A stretch of 64,000 nucleotides of DNA, from NCBI RefSeq assembly GCF_009834535.1, contig NC_045696.1, positions 63,056,001 to 63,120,000 of the forward strand, read 5' to 3'. The notes beneath the pieces were generated by a model that was not told the DNA's origin, ran no database searches, and saw only the letters and a list, made by a program, of their open reading frames with translations. Positions 36,571 to 49,600 of this stretch are shown here, piece after piece (positions within the stretch are counted from its first letter, which is position 1; every line of letters starts with the position of its first letter). Source of the DNA: Camelus ferus. Lineage: Eukaryota. A program made the translations under genes and the position numbers.

Positions 36571-37593
36571 GTTATAAAATACTTGCCAACAACCCTCATT
36601 CTCCCATTTCCGCAGGAACGAATAAAACGGTGAGGACACTTGGGTTTGATGCCTGACTCCGAATATGTTCCATCTCTGACTTGGGCAAGCTAATTCCTTT
36701 CTGAGCATCGCAACCTTGAGGTGGTTCTCCTGAATAATGAGAATGGAGGTAAGACGCCCAACACCCACACACCTCTAGCCGACTTTTTATATTCCCATTA
36801 TAGGGAAACCTAACAATAAAGTGAGGAACAAAAGCCAGGCTGCAGAAAGTGGAGCCCAATCACTGTTTTCTCATTATTTTAATTCACAGGAAATTTAAAT
36901 ACAATTCTAGGTGGAACTTTTAATATTTTTTAATTATTATTTTTTAAAAAGCATTTAAGTCAGATCCCTTTGGCTTTCCTTGCAACCTTGCCAAACTCCT
37001 TCCATTCCGAACTCCCATCCTGGCAGGGACTCTTCTCTCCAATTCGCAGCTAGGGAAGACTAAGTAAACAAAAAGCTGTTCAGTTGCTGGGCTTGACAGC
37101 CGACAGGCCACACCTCAGAACTCGGGCGGAAAACCTAACGCCAGGAAGCAACGCCCTCTAGCGCAGCGGGAACACCCTTCACCCCGGTCTCCGCCCTCTT
37201 CTGGCGAAGGCAGCCAGGAGGCGGGGCTAGGGGCGCGAACAAGGACGGCCACATTTTCCAGGTCTCCTAGTACCACCCCGGACGCTAAAGACCGACGCAC
37301 AAATTTGGAAGGTACCATTCTTTTGATTTGATCACATTATCTAAATTTGAGATATTCTTGGGAATATATACGTAGAAACTACCTTCCCAGACCATTTTAC
37401 ATTTCTTTTCTATAGTAGTGGCAAATGTGAGATATATAAGTGGAAATTTGAGGCAAATCTTTCTGTTTCCCTTCAACTTCGGGCCTTTACTACTTGGGCT
37501 CGCTCATACGTCACTTCCGAAGATCGTGCTCTTAAAAAGACCGAAAACAAGCGTGGGTCTGGCAGAGACATTTTGTGGGCAGGTTTTGCAGGA

Positions 37594-37692
37594 ATGGGTC
37601 GCAGGAGAGCGCCGGAGGCAAGGTCCCTCGGCCGGGCTCTCATCCGCCAGCAAGTTCAGCGGAGCCGTAGCCACCGTCACACCGACTCCTGG
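37594..37692 (+). CDS. LSG1: LSG1 coding exon 1 (MGRRRAPEARSLGRALIRQQVQRSRSHRHTDSW)
   Basis: ATG in ggaATGg context; donor TGG|gtaaga. Confidence 0.95.
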
Positions 37693-40600
37693 GTAAGACA
37701 AACTTTGTCATCTTTCCTAACCTTTCTGTCTAGTTATGAGAGTCTGAATGCTGCGAAGTTTGGGGTCAGAGGTCACAGGGAAACTTTCCAGAGGAAATGA
37801 TGCCAAAATAAAGTTTCGAAGGATGAGTACAGTCGTTTCCCGGTAACCGCGAGGGATCGGTTCCAGGACCCCCGCGAATACCAAAATGCGCAGATGCTCA
37901 AGTCCCTTGGAGTCGACCGGGCAGATAAGCAAGCCCTCCTAGTAAGGCGCAGGGCCCAGAGGTAGAGGCTAGTGTGGTGAAGAGGTTGGAGTGAGATCTT
38001 GAATGCCAAGGTAAAAGTTTGGTGTTTGCCCTAGAAGTATTTGGAAGTTTCTGCACAGGAAAGACACAAAACCACTTATTTCTTTTTGTATTAATTTGTT
38101 CAAAAAATTTTTTTGTTTTGTTTGTGGGGTTTTTTGTTTGTTTTGTGGGTTTTTGTTTGTTTTGTTTTGTTTTTAGGTAGGGAGGAAATTAGGTTTATTT
38201 ACTTACCTAGTTATTTTAATGGAGCCACTGGGGATTGAACCCAAGACCTCATGCGTACAAAGCACCTAGTCTAACCACTGAGCATACCCTCCCCCTGTTC
38301 AAAGAACTGACCCTCCCAGAGCCGCTGGTTGGTACCAGAAGTACAGAATAACTCAAATTCCTGCTTCATCCTCTTTATTCCCTTGTGGTTTCACTCAAAG
38401 ATGAACAACTTATCTCCAAAGTGTGGTGGCCCTAATATTCCCTGAATCTACGAACTATCATGGTTTTAGGATCCTTAAAAAACGGATGAAGTAGTTTGAC
38501 TTGTGTTTGTCATTTTGACATTCATTCCCCCACATATTTGAGAACTCACTAAGTTCTCAGTAAGAATCTGTGCAAAGTCAAAGGTGTCTCCAGTTATCCG
38601 TGTGCACATCACATCACCTAACTTCCATCTATGTAATCTGCAGAGTAAGTAGGATACAGAGCTCATCCATATTCATCAGATCAAAGTTACTCTGGACATT
38701 GGGTTGCCAGTAATTTTAATTGATTTTGAAGCAACTTTTTATTAACGGACCCTTTTGGAAGTAGTGGGAAAATTTTGATTATGAATTCTAAATAACAATG
38801 CTTCTAATCTTTGTTCTGATTTTTGCTGATTCTGTGACCTTGGGCAAACCATCTAGCCTTTTAACCTTTTTTTTTTTTAATTTATTTGTATCTGTTCAGA
38901 GCGTATAGTTTAGGATGGTGTTTATCTTATCAAGACAGTGGGTTGTGTCTAGAATTCAGTTAAGTAGGTCGCAAATAGTCAGGTTTTAACCCAACAGAGT
39001 AGAATTCAAGAAAATACCAGTGTATTGCAGGTAATAAGGTAACTTTATTTCAGGATTCTTTGGTTTCTATTTTTACTATACTGAATGGTATACAGTTGTG
39101 TCACTAAGTATATCAGCACTTGGGTTACTGTGTGAAATGTATTTCTTACTGTGGGTCTCCATCAAAAAAATTTGACTAACAGTGGCTGCTAGGACCAGAA
39201 TATATGGATTCAAATTCTCCCCTCTACCACTTACTAGCTTGCAACTATAGACAAGTAATTATATCTAGTTTAAGCTTGTTTTGTCATCTTTAAAATAGAG
39301 ATGTAATAAAATTTATCTCAAAAGATTTTGAAAATTAAATGAGATAGCAATTGAAGAGTGCCTATCATGAGGTAAGAAAGTGCTCATTTAAATGTCAACT
39401 ATTATTAGTATTGTCTCTAAAGAGGCTCGCACCACCCTCAAGACCACAGAATAGTTCCTTGGGAGTTTAGAGTTTGTTTGAATGTCAGGAGCAGAAGACA
39501 GCAGCTGTGTTACCACCCTGTGTTTTATTCATAGCTGCACACGAGTGAACTCAATGATGGCTATGATTGGGGTCGTCTTAACCTTCAGTCAGTGACTGAA
39601 CAGAGCTCCCTTGATGACTTCCTTGCAACTGCAGAACTTGCAGGAACAGAGTTTGTAGCAGGTGAGTTGTTAATTGCAGAACGCATAGGATGCACTTCTG
39701 TCTTTGCTGACTAGATACAAATAGGTCTACTTGGGAGTGTTTTGCGGATCCTGCTAAACTTATAAATGACCCATCTTTAACCCAGAGGTGGGTCTCCCAG
39801 GATCAGTGCGGGAAGGTCCAGTCGACCTCATCTGTGAGGTACAGAATGTGCCACAGTTTTAAAATTCAGCTCTAAAAAAACAGCAGATTATACATCATCA
39901 TATCAAGTTCAAGAAACTCAGTCTCTCATAAGGAAAGAGACTAGTCAACATTATGGTGAATAATACCAGCATTTTTCAGAAAACGTTTTCTGAGGACCAT
40001 TGTTAAAAGCAAAATCCTGGGCCCGCTGCCGTTACTTAGGCAATTCGAATTGTGCTTTAAAGTACTTGTTAACACGTGACAGTGAATTTTCCCATACATA
40101 CAATTAGTTTTAGTCACTGCTTTCCCTTGTCCTTTTTGTATGTGTCCTCTAAGCACTTAGAAAACTGCTTGGCACAGAAATAGCATTATAAACTATGATT
40201 TCCGTTGCTCTTCGATTATTGTTATTATGTTGTTCAGCAAATTCATTGATTTGTTCAAAATGCTTCTGTTGAGTTCTAGCTACTCTCAGGTATTGTACTG
40301 ACTACTGAAAGTGTGGTGTTGCATAAGACAAGTTTGTTTCTGCAAAATTGTGTTTTAGGTGCTATAAAAGAAGCCTAGCAGAGAATGGGGTCACAAAAGA
40401 TGTAGTTAGTATTTGTTTCTATCTGAAGGAAAACGAGGGCAGGGTGTGGGGACAAGCTGTGATGACAGACACTGGGAAGGTGGGCAAGGGCCAGATCCTG
40501 GAGAGAATGCAGGCTTTAAAGGAGTCTTTAGAGGGGTGTAAGCAAGTCTACATTTTTTGAAAGATCTCTGATGTATTTTGAGGAAGAAGGACCGGTTAGG

Positions 40601-43600
40601 AGACTATTGCTTTAGTCCAGCAAGAGAATTAGGCCAGAACTGAAATAGTAGTAGAAGAATGGAGAAAGGAACAGCATGAAGGTTGTTAGGGAGCTCGAAG
40701 TAACCAGACTTTATGGAGGAGGAGGAGTAAGTGAAGAAGCCTGAGGAGTGTCTTTTTGTGTGCTTATGCTTGTGAGATGGTTGGTGGGTGGGGACCCCTG
40801 ACTAGCTTCTGGATGGAAGTTGGGCTTCAGACCAGTGTAGGCATAATTAGAAGGTTGGAACTTTCAGCCCCACCCCTGGGGAGGGCAGATGGGCTGGAAA
40901 TGAAATTAATTACTAATGGCCAATGACTTGCTCAGTCATGCCTACGTAATGAAATCTCCATAAGGCTTTCAAAAATCCATTAAAATTCCTCATTGAAATT
41001 AATTTCATACCTTTTTTCCCTTTCCTTTAATACTGTAGAGTTGATAGAATTTTGTCTCAATTCTCTATGGCCTTCAGATAGCGCTTGTCTCCTGGACACA
41101 CAGGGACAGAGATTTCTTAACCTGGAGGCTACAAGTTTCAGCTGTCTGTGAACCCCTGAGATTGCAGGCAGAATTGTACGCTTGTGTGTGAATGTGTATA
41201 CACAGTGCATTTTTGGATGGTATGATGGTCCATGGGTTTTAAATAGGTTCTCATATGGGTCTCTGACCTTACAAAGGAGTGCAAAATAATGAGAAATACT
41301 AAGTGTTCACTGGAAACTCTTTACTTTTCAAAGATAGGACAGGCAGTCCTCATTCCTTATGTTCAACAAACAAGAGGAAAGTGTGATATTTGATACAATA
41401 AAAAATACATTTATATTTGGTCTTCATCTCTGGTTCCTTGATACAAGAGCTTCTAAAGCCCTTGTAATTTCTTGAGTGATGGGGGTGAGATGAGTGTCTT
41501 TTGTTATTCATAATGAGCCATCTTCAACTTCACCTGAGTTTATGCTGATGAGGTGACTTGTGGGCCCCGGGGTAATTTCTACATGATTAGAGGGTTCGGA
41601 TTTTCAGAAACCCCTCTAATAACCCTTGGGAATGGGACATGTCCTGGAGATTGAACTAATCACCAATGGCCAATGATTTAATAAAAACCCACTCAGAGAT
41701 TTGGCATCTGAAGTAGGGCAGGACAGAATTGAATTGTAGCACACCCAGTTGGTATCTGGAGAGTTGGAGAGCTATTGGCATGGGTTTTCCTACGTTTGGT
41801 GTGAGGACCGTTGGTTGGTGGTAAAACAGTTAGGAGACAGGTGGCTTCGTTACTGTGTGATTACCTCCAGCAGCGCTCCTACCCAGCGCTACTGAAATGA
41901 GAACGAGGATGGCTAGACAGTTGGCTCTGCCTAAGGTTAGAGATTTGAGAGTGGATGCAGCAGGTTAAGGAATTTGATGTTTGATCAGAGAGGGATGGCA
42001 TGGATGTACCATGTTGTTTTAGCCATAGAGGGAAAGAGGTGAAGCTCCGAGCTGGGTGGTGGAGTGGGAGAAGAGGAAAGAATCCAGGGGCTTAGGCATT
42101 TATAGTGGCTGGACAAAGCAAAGTGGGAACACTGGCTGGGAGATCACCATTGGGAGGAGAAATTAATGTGAAAGACTTACCAGGTATGGACTAAAGTGTG
42201 TGTATTCTGACTGTTGGTTGAGGATGACATGAATGAGAATGCTGACTGGATTGACTGTACTCTAGGTGACTGGACTGTGCAGTCTTGGTGGTCTGATGAG
42301 GGTACAGACTGCTATCTTTGCTTAAAGGCCAAGAGGAACATTGCTGAAGATGTCCTGTTATCCTTGAATAAGACCTCTCCTTGGCATTTTGGAAAGAAGC
42401 TTAGCTGGCTTCTCAGGGGGCATCACCTGCCAGGAGACTGAAGATGGCTGTGAGGGGTGAGAGAGGCCTGGAGCAACTTGGGGGGCTAGAGCCCTGGAGA
42501 AGAGGTCTCTGTAGTTTGTACATAGCCTAGGTGCTTTTTTGTATTCCTTTGAATTCTTACACAGCATTAATCACGGGTGTTCGTCATAAACAGCTTATAT
42601 AAATTGTAGCCGTGTGGTGGTTCACCAGTTCTGACTGGAGTGAGTCTCCTTGCTGAGTATTTGCTTCCCCACTCACTCCCACTGGCTTGCAGTTATTCTC
42701 CGTATGTAAAATGAGGAGATCGGTTGTAATGAATGTTTACATTCCCTTCCCACTCCTGTTGTTTCTGCCTCCACGAAATGCGTTCAGCGTGTGGAGTTTT
42801 ATAAAATCATTACTTGAAAAAGTGGTTGACCTTTGGAAAGTTTTAGTAAAGATCTTTTCTTGTATTCTCTCTCTTTTTTTTTTTTTTTTTTTTGGTAGAA
42901 CACTTCTTTTGGAAATTATAATTTATTTAAGGCTAGGAGAATCTATCTAAATCAGGAAAGTTTAAATTCTGATTTAGGTGCTCAGTTAGTTTCCTAAGTA
43001 ATAACCAGCATTCACCATCTGTATTGCCTCTTAAGTAACAGTACTTTTTTTTTTCCTTCTATAAAATAGAGAAGCTTAATATTAAGTTTGTGCCTCCTGA
43101 GGCTAGAACTGGACTACTGTCTTTTGAGGAAAATGAGAGAATTAAGAAACTCCATGAAGAAAACAAACAGTTCTTGTGTATACCAAGGAGGTGAGTTGAA
43201 CAAGAATTTGGGACATTACAAGGCATAACAAGGTGACTAAGTATAAGATTTTTTGTTTGGTGTTCACTTTTTTCTACTTTCTTTTCCCAGCTGTCATTAT
43301 TAAATCCAAATCTCCTGATGTATTTTGGTAACTCATGTGGAATTTTTTTCCTTTATGACTCAGACCAAAGTGGGACCAAAATACTAGCCCAGAAGAACTC
43401 AAACAGGCAGAGAAAGATAGCTTTCTAGAATGGAGACGTCAGCTTGCCCGGTGAGTGTTAGTCCACGTGAAGATTGCCTTGAAATTCTCAGTTAGGCATT
43501 TTGGTGTGCTCACAATGCTATTTACATTTTTTAATGAATTTTTAAAAAATTTTTGGGAGGAAGGAGGCAATTCTTTTTTGTTTCTGTTTTTGTAATGGAG

Positions 43601-46600
43601 GTACTGGGGATCAAACCCAGGACCTCGTTTGTCACTGAGCTATACTCTCCCCTCAGAATGCACCTTATTAGTGTGTTTGACTTTGTGCAGTCACAAAGAG
43701 AGAAAGGTGGTTGGTTTGTTGGGTTTTTGTTTGTTTGTTTTAGGGATTTGGGGGGGTGGATAATTAGGTTTATTTATTTATATATACACTTATTTTTAAC
43801 GGAGGCACTGGGGATTGAACCCAGGACCTTGTGTGCGCTAAGCATGGTACTCTACCACTGAGCTATACCCTCCCCGCATTTTGAAGGCTTCTTTTAAAAG
43901 GGAAGTGGTAGATTTCACTTTATAAATGCAAACTGGTGTGTGTGCACACAGCATTGCTGGGTGCATATGCGTCCTTGCACAAAGATGGTGAATTGATTGC
44001 TCCATTCCTGGCCTTTTCTCCTTTTCATAGCCATTCATCACCCTGGAGTTGATCACTTAGCTTCTAGAGCATTCTTCCAGGAAGAGATGTTTGGGAGAAA
44101 TGTTACTTTGTGTGATAGATAAACTTCTGGAATTTAAAAAGCTCAAGTATAAAATCTGAATTTGATTTGCATATTGGCTCAGCAGAAAGCATATAAAAAA
44201 TTATTTGACAGTTAATATTTGTATACTTATTGTTTAATGCAATGAATTTGGGTGTTTACACTACTTGAAACCTACTGTTACAATCTGGTAGAGGTATAAA
44301 TTTCTCTTTATAAAACCAGGTTGGAAGAGGAACAAAAGCTGATACTGACTCCATTTGAGAGGAATTTGGACTTTTGGCGCCAGCTCTGGAGGGTGATTGA
44401 GAGAAGGTAGGTTACCAGTTTCTTTTTGTGTAAGGACAGTGTTGTGTTGTTACATTAGCTTTGGATGTTGTATGTGTTCATGGGTCCAGGGAGGGGTTGG
44501 GGGCACAAGATCAAGTTACGTAAAGGGCTGCTGAGAATTATTGTAAAAACTGGAAATATGATAACATATTTCTTTTAAAATACAGGGGTTTTTGTTATGA
44601 GATAAACACATTGATAAGCTTATGAGAATGGTGACTATTTTCTGTAAGATGAGTTCTGAAGCACCTATAGTTATTTCAGCAATTGTATATGAATTCCTGT
44701 TGGTAATGGGGAAAATATGGTGTGAAAAAGGGTAGGTGTCTGCCTGCAGAGAGCAAATATGTGATGCCAGGAGGCAAAGCAAAGCACCAAGCACCAGGGA
44801 CACACAGATGAAACGCAATTCTTACACTCAGGTGACTCAGTGCTTAGTAAAATACAAAGTGGAGTGTGGTTCCTGCTGTGTTACAGATAGGAAGGTGATG
44901 GGCCCAGTCAGACTCAGCGAGGAAGAGAGGTTAATAGGATTGGGGGAAAGTAAGGAGTGATTTGTCTTAATTGGGCTTTGAAAAGGAAAATGACCTGGAT
45001 AAGCTGAGAATGGGAGATAACGTTGATAAATCAGCTTTCTCCAGTGTCACCTTTGGCTGGGGTGTGGTCGCCTGGCGGCATGGAACAGGGGAGGGAACCT
45101 CCTGGCTCCCTTTTCAGAAGGATGTCAGTCCTATACCTCACTCTTGCCTCCAAAGCTAGATCTGATGCTTCTAATCCTGAGCTCTCTCTCGGAGCTCTGG
45201 GGCACGAACAGGCTTGTTTCTCATTGGGCTGACATTTCTTAGTTGTTCCTTCTTTCTCCCTGTCCTGATGAGTTCCAGCCTTTACTTTCATTTTTTATAG
45301 GTTTTGAGAGGAAACAAGAGTAATCATATGTGTTCTTCCAATGTTTTATAGGATGGTCCTTCCTTTGCTTTTTATGCCTCTAATTTGTCTAGAGTGAGCC
45401 TGTACTTGAAACTTCTAGCTTCAACTGGATTACAGCATTACTTGCTCTGTTATTTCTATTATGTGAAATTTCTCTATTTTTATGAGGGAGAACATGTTTC
45501 TGACTCGAATACAGTTTATATCACATGGAAGTGGATCTGAGTTACATAGAAATATCAGTAAAGTGACTACTGCCATGTCTTTTAACAGGAAATATTTATT
45601 GATATGTTCTGTACAGCAGATGTCCCCTGTTTGGTAACAGACTAGCTACGCCATCTGCCTCTTTAATTTCAAGAGTAGTTATCAGAAAAGATTTGATGTG
45701 TAACATGTCATTGAAATGCAGGGAGCTGCCAAGGCACTGAGGGAGGAACGCTGTGTTCCAGTAAAATATGGCACTTCCATTGTACAGCCTCGACCCTTCC
45801 CTGTACATAGTTAGCTCTTTGCTCTGCATCCTAATTCAGCACACGAAGCAAGCTGTCTTACACGTGTCTGCTTTTCCTTCTGGTGTTTCTAACCAATTCT
45901 TCTCTCTGTGTGTTTGGTAGGGAGCCATAATGTCTGTGGACCTTGTAGTTTTAGTTCGTTAGGCTTTGTCCCTTTTTCTGCAGTCATTTTTGTATTTACT
46001 GTTAAATCCTCATAGTTTGAAAGTGGTAGATATTAAAGGAGGAAATACCAGGACCCACTTAACTAGAGAACCTAAAAGCAATTTGTTGTAAATTAGCAAG
46101 TCTGTGAGTTCCTTTGAATCACAAGATTATGCTGGAGATTAAATTATTCTAAAGGAAAATGCATGTTGTCAAATGCCCTGCGCTAAATGGTAACCTTGGT
46201 TTAATACATTTCCTTGGCGTTCAGCATAGTTGCATAGGACTTACCTTGGGAAGAGCTAACAGATACCAGTTCGGGGTAGACTGCTGTAAGGTAGCGGTAC
46301 GCCTGCAGCTTACTTCCCTCCAGTGGCAGTCACAGCTGGCCCTTAAAGCATCTTTCCTAACTGCAGGGGCTGAAGGAAGAGAGGGAGAAGTGGGAGTATT
46401 TATTCTCACAGTGCTGCTGTGTACTCACTACATTCGTGAGGGATTCGTGTGGCTTGCTCTGCCAGCCACAGAAAGTTTTCCTATTGCTACATCTTACTTA
46501 TGATGGAAGCACTTGGACTCATCCTTCCTGCTTCATTGTGGCAACTTAAGTTGATATTTTGCTGTTTTGTATTTTTGCCATTCAAACACATTCTTGGAAC

Positions 46601-49600
46601 TAGTGGATGATAATTTGCTAGATGTATGCTTTCTCTTGTCAGCCCCAGGTTTAAGTGAGTTACAGCTGTCAGCAGGTGATCCATTAGGGGTTTTTTGAGG
46701 CCTTACTTAACATAGGTATAGACTAGGTACTGAATACATACATAGACCTCACCTTGGATTAAAGTATTTGGAATACTCTGTCAGCTCTCCAAGAGAGTTT
46801 ACTAGAAGATCCAGTTAAGGGTTTTAGCAGCAAAACATCATCAGTCTCTCTAGGCCACGTTAAGAGTAGGGAAATGTTATGATTATGAGCGTGGCCTTGG
46901 GTCCAGGGTGCTTGAGTTCCCATTCCCACTGCGTCACCTAGTAGCTGGTGACCTTGAACAAGCCAGTTACCTGTTCTAAGCTTCAGTTTCTTCATATGTA
47001 AGCTGGGGATGAATGTACCTTAAAAAGTTAAGTATGTCAGTGCTTAAAATATGGGAGGTGTTTACTACTGTTATCACATGGCCACTGTTTGCTTCCACTT
47101 CCCAGTAATTGGAGTATCTCATTTACTTTTCAGTGATATCGTGGTCCAGATAGTAGATGCTCGAAATCCGCTCCTGTTTAGATGTGAGGATTTGGTAAGT
47201 AAGATGTGACAAGACTGAAACCTAACGTCCTGAGGGCAGCAGCGGGAGGAATGCGTCCCTCATGGCAGTGACTCTAGCAGGCACGCTGGACCTCCTCTGG
47301 CTTTGCCTAATCAGGCCTCCTGCCTCTCCCAAGGGCAGGAGCTTTTCTCTTCTCAAACAATGGTTCCATCTGCAGGAAGGCACAGACACATGAACTTTTC
47401 TTGCTTTTCGTTTAGAAGCCACTCCATTAATAGACATTTACCAGTGTTTCTCATATTTTAAGAGACGCTGGTCGAAATAGCATTTTGCTTACTTAGCATA
47501 TTCCTGGTCCCTTCACTTCTTATCCATTCCGTGAAATTTTTTCTTCTCACCCCTTAGTTATTATTTTCTGCAGTATTTTACAAATGAATTAAGTTTATAA
47601 AGCACCCCAGGGGTAGTGATTATGAGGTGTGAGGATCCCATGAAATAATGTAATACAGGCTTTCAATTAATAAGACACTACACACATGAAGCATTCCTAT
47701 TTCTGTTTGAGGGCCATGGTAGAAATAATACTGATAATTTTTAAATCCACTGGTGAATAACAAAAATCTTAATGGGGAAACTCTTATTAATTGAGTTTTC
47801 ATACTTCTGGTGGGTTTCCTAACGGGGAGCTATACTTGAGAATTAATTTAATTACTGAGTCTCGTTTTTCTTTTAGACTTCAAAAATCTCTTTTACATTA
47901 AAGATTAGATTATTATCGGATATCATCACTTGGCTGAAAAATAGTCCCTGCTGGCCGATAATTCTGTTAGTTATGCAATTCCTTAACTTTGTTTAAAAGA
48001 AACAATTCGACATCATGGAAGAGAGGAGCTACATAATTTAAAGAAGTTTTAAGAACCTGTTATATTTCAACAGGGCAGGAAAGCGTTTGCTTTTACCCTT
48101 CCCAGTTTTTCATGTGAAGAATACTTCTAAGCGTATGTGACCTAACTTCTTTTCAAAGCTTGCTGACGGGATCTGTAGACTGTACCATGATTACAAATCT
48201 TTAGGAATGATTTAGAGCTGGGGGCAGTAAAACTTTTGGTGGTAGCTGGGGGCCTTCAGTTTATTTAGCCTAATTTTTACCTGTTTGGAGAGGCCTTTCC
48301 AAATATCTTTGTCTTGCCCAGGAATGTTACGTGAAAACAATGGACGAGGACAAGGAGAATGTGATTCTGATAAATAAGGCAGACTTGCTGACTGCTGAGC
48401 AGCGGGGTACCTGGGCCACGTTCTTTGAAAAGGAGAACGTCAAGGTCATTTTCTGGTCTGCTTTGGCTGAAGCCATTCACCTGATTGGTGACACCAAGGT
48501 AACCTGGGAGACTTTTTCAGGCTGGGTTTTAAGAAGGAGGATTTCGGTTTCTGATAAGTGTGCTTTTGTTTGTTTGTTTTTACTTATTGTTGACTTGTGG
48601 TGTTTTGTTTGTTTTTTCCCAAGTGCTGTGATGGGAGAAGGACCTATAGAACTCCCTGTGGTTGTCAAATAGTCTGCCATCCCCAGGGCTCTGTTACACG
48701 CCAGTATTAGCTCTAATTTCTAATTTCTTTTAAATTTTAGATGGAAAGTTTTATAGCAGATTTCATAATGACCTTATAATTGCTTTTAAGAGAAATCAGA
48801 ACAGAAAGTCAGATACAACTGAATGTAGTAACTTCTCTGGACTTGATTAGAATCTCTTTTGACTTTGTTTTGAAAACAAAGAAATGAAGTAATCCTTAAT
48901 TAAGATATATATACCATGTTATTTTCTATGTCTTTAAACCAGATTTTACAGAAACATTTTGGGGGTTATTTTCTAGTAGAAATCATTGATAACCAACTGT
49001 GAAAAGAAATTCGGAATAGAATCTTAGAATGGGAAGAGACATACAGTACTGTCTTGTCCTGTCCACTTTTTTTTCCTTTTCTATTTATCAACCATTTGCT
49101 GACTAGTTAGTGTGCTGAGCTAGGTGCTGTGAATACAACACCCTCCCTTTGGTGAGCTCACAGGTTAGTGAACTCTAATTCTGTAATGGAATTCTTTTCT
49201 CTGCCTCCCTGGCAAACAGTCCCATAATCTCTCTGTGACTGCTTTAAATGGCAGAGACCAGGTGTCTCATTCCTTCTGTCTCCGAGATCAGAGAGTTCTT
49301 TGGGGGAGGATGTATCTCAGTGGTAGAGTGCATGCTTAGCACGCGTGAGGTCCTGGGTTCCATTGCCAGTACCTCCATTAGAATAAATAAATGAACCTAA
49401 TGACCTCCCCTTGCAAAAATATTTTTTTAAAAAATTAGAAAAAGAATAAAAAGAAAGTTCTTCAGTCTGGTGAAGCTAAGTCAGCTTCCCTAACTTTGCT
49501 CTAAGGCGTCTTCCTTTGTCCCCGTGTTCTCTGTTCTGCAGAAGGTACATTTTCTGCTTTCCTGTTGCTCATAGACATGATCTCCCGAGCACTCATTGTC

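Larger units (their letters stand above)
37100..37960 (+). promoter_or_regulatory. LSG1 CpG-rich promoter and first exon region, with an ETS-CRE composite (CGGAAGTGACGTA, minus strand, 37507-37519), a ZNF143-like ACTAC..TTCCCAG (37378-37390) and GC boxes
   Basis: Motifs read directly from the sequence; CpG enrichment around the ATG; typical housekeeping promoter. Factor binding is inferred. Confidence 0.7.

Noticed and set aside
26960..37100. Shared bidirectional promoter for FAM43A and LSG1
   Set aside because: The starts are about 11 kb apart, with separate CpG-rich promoters.
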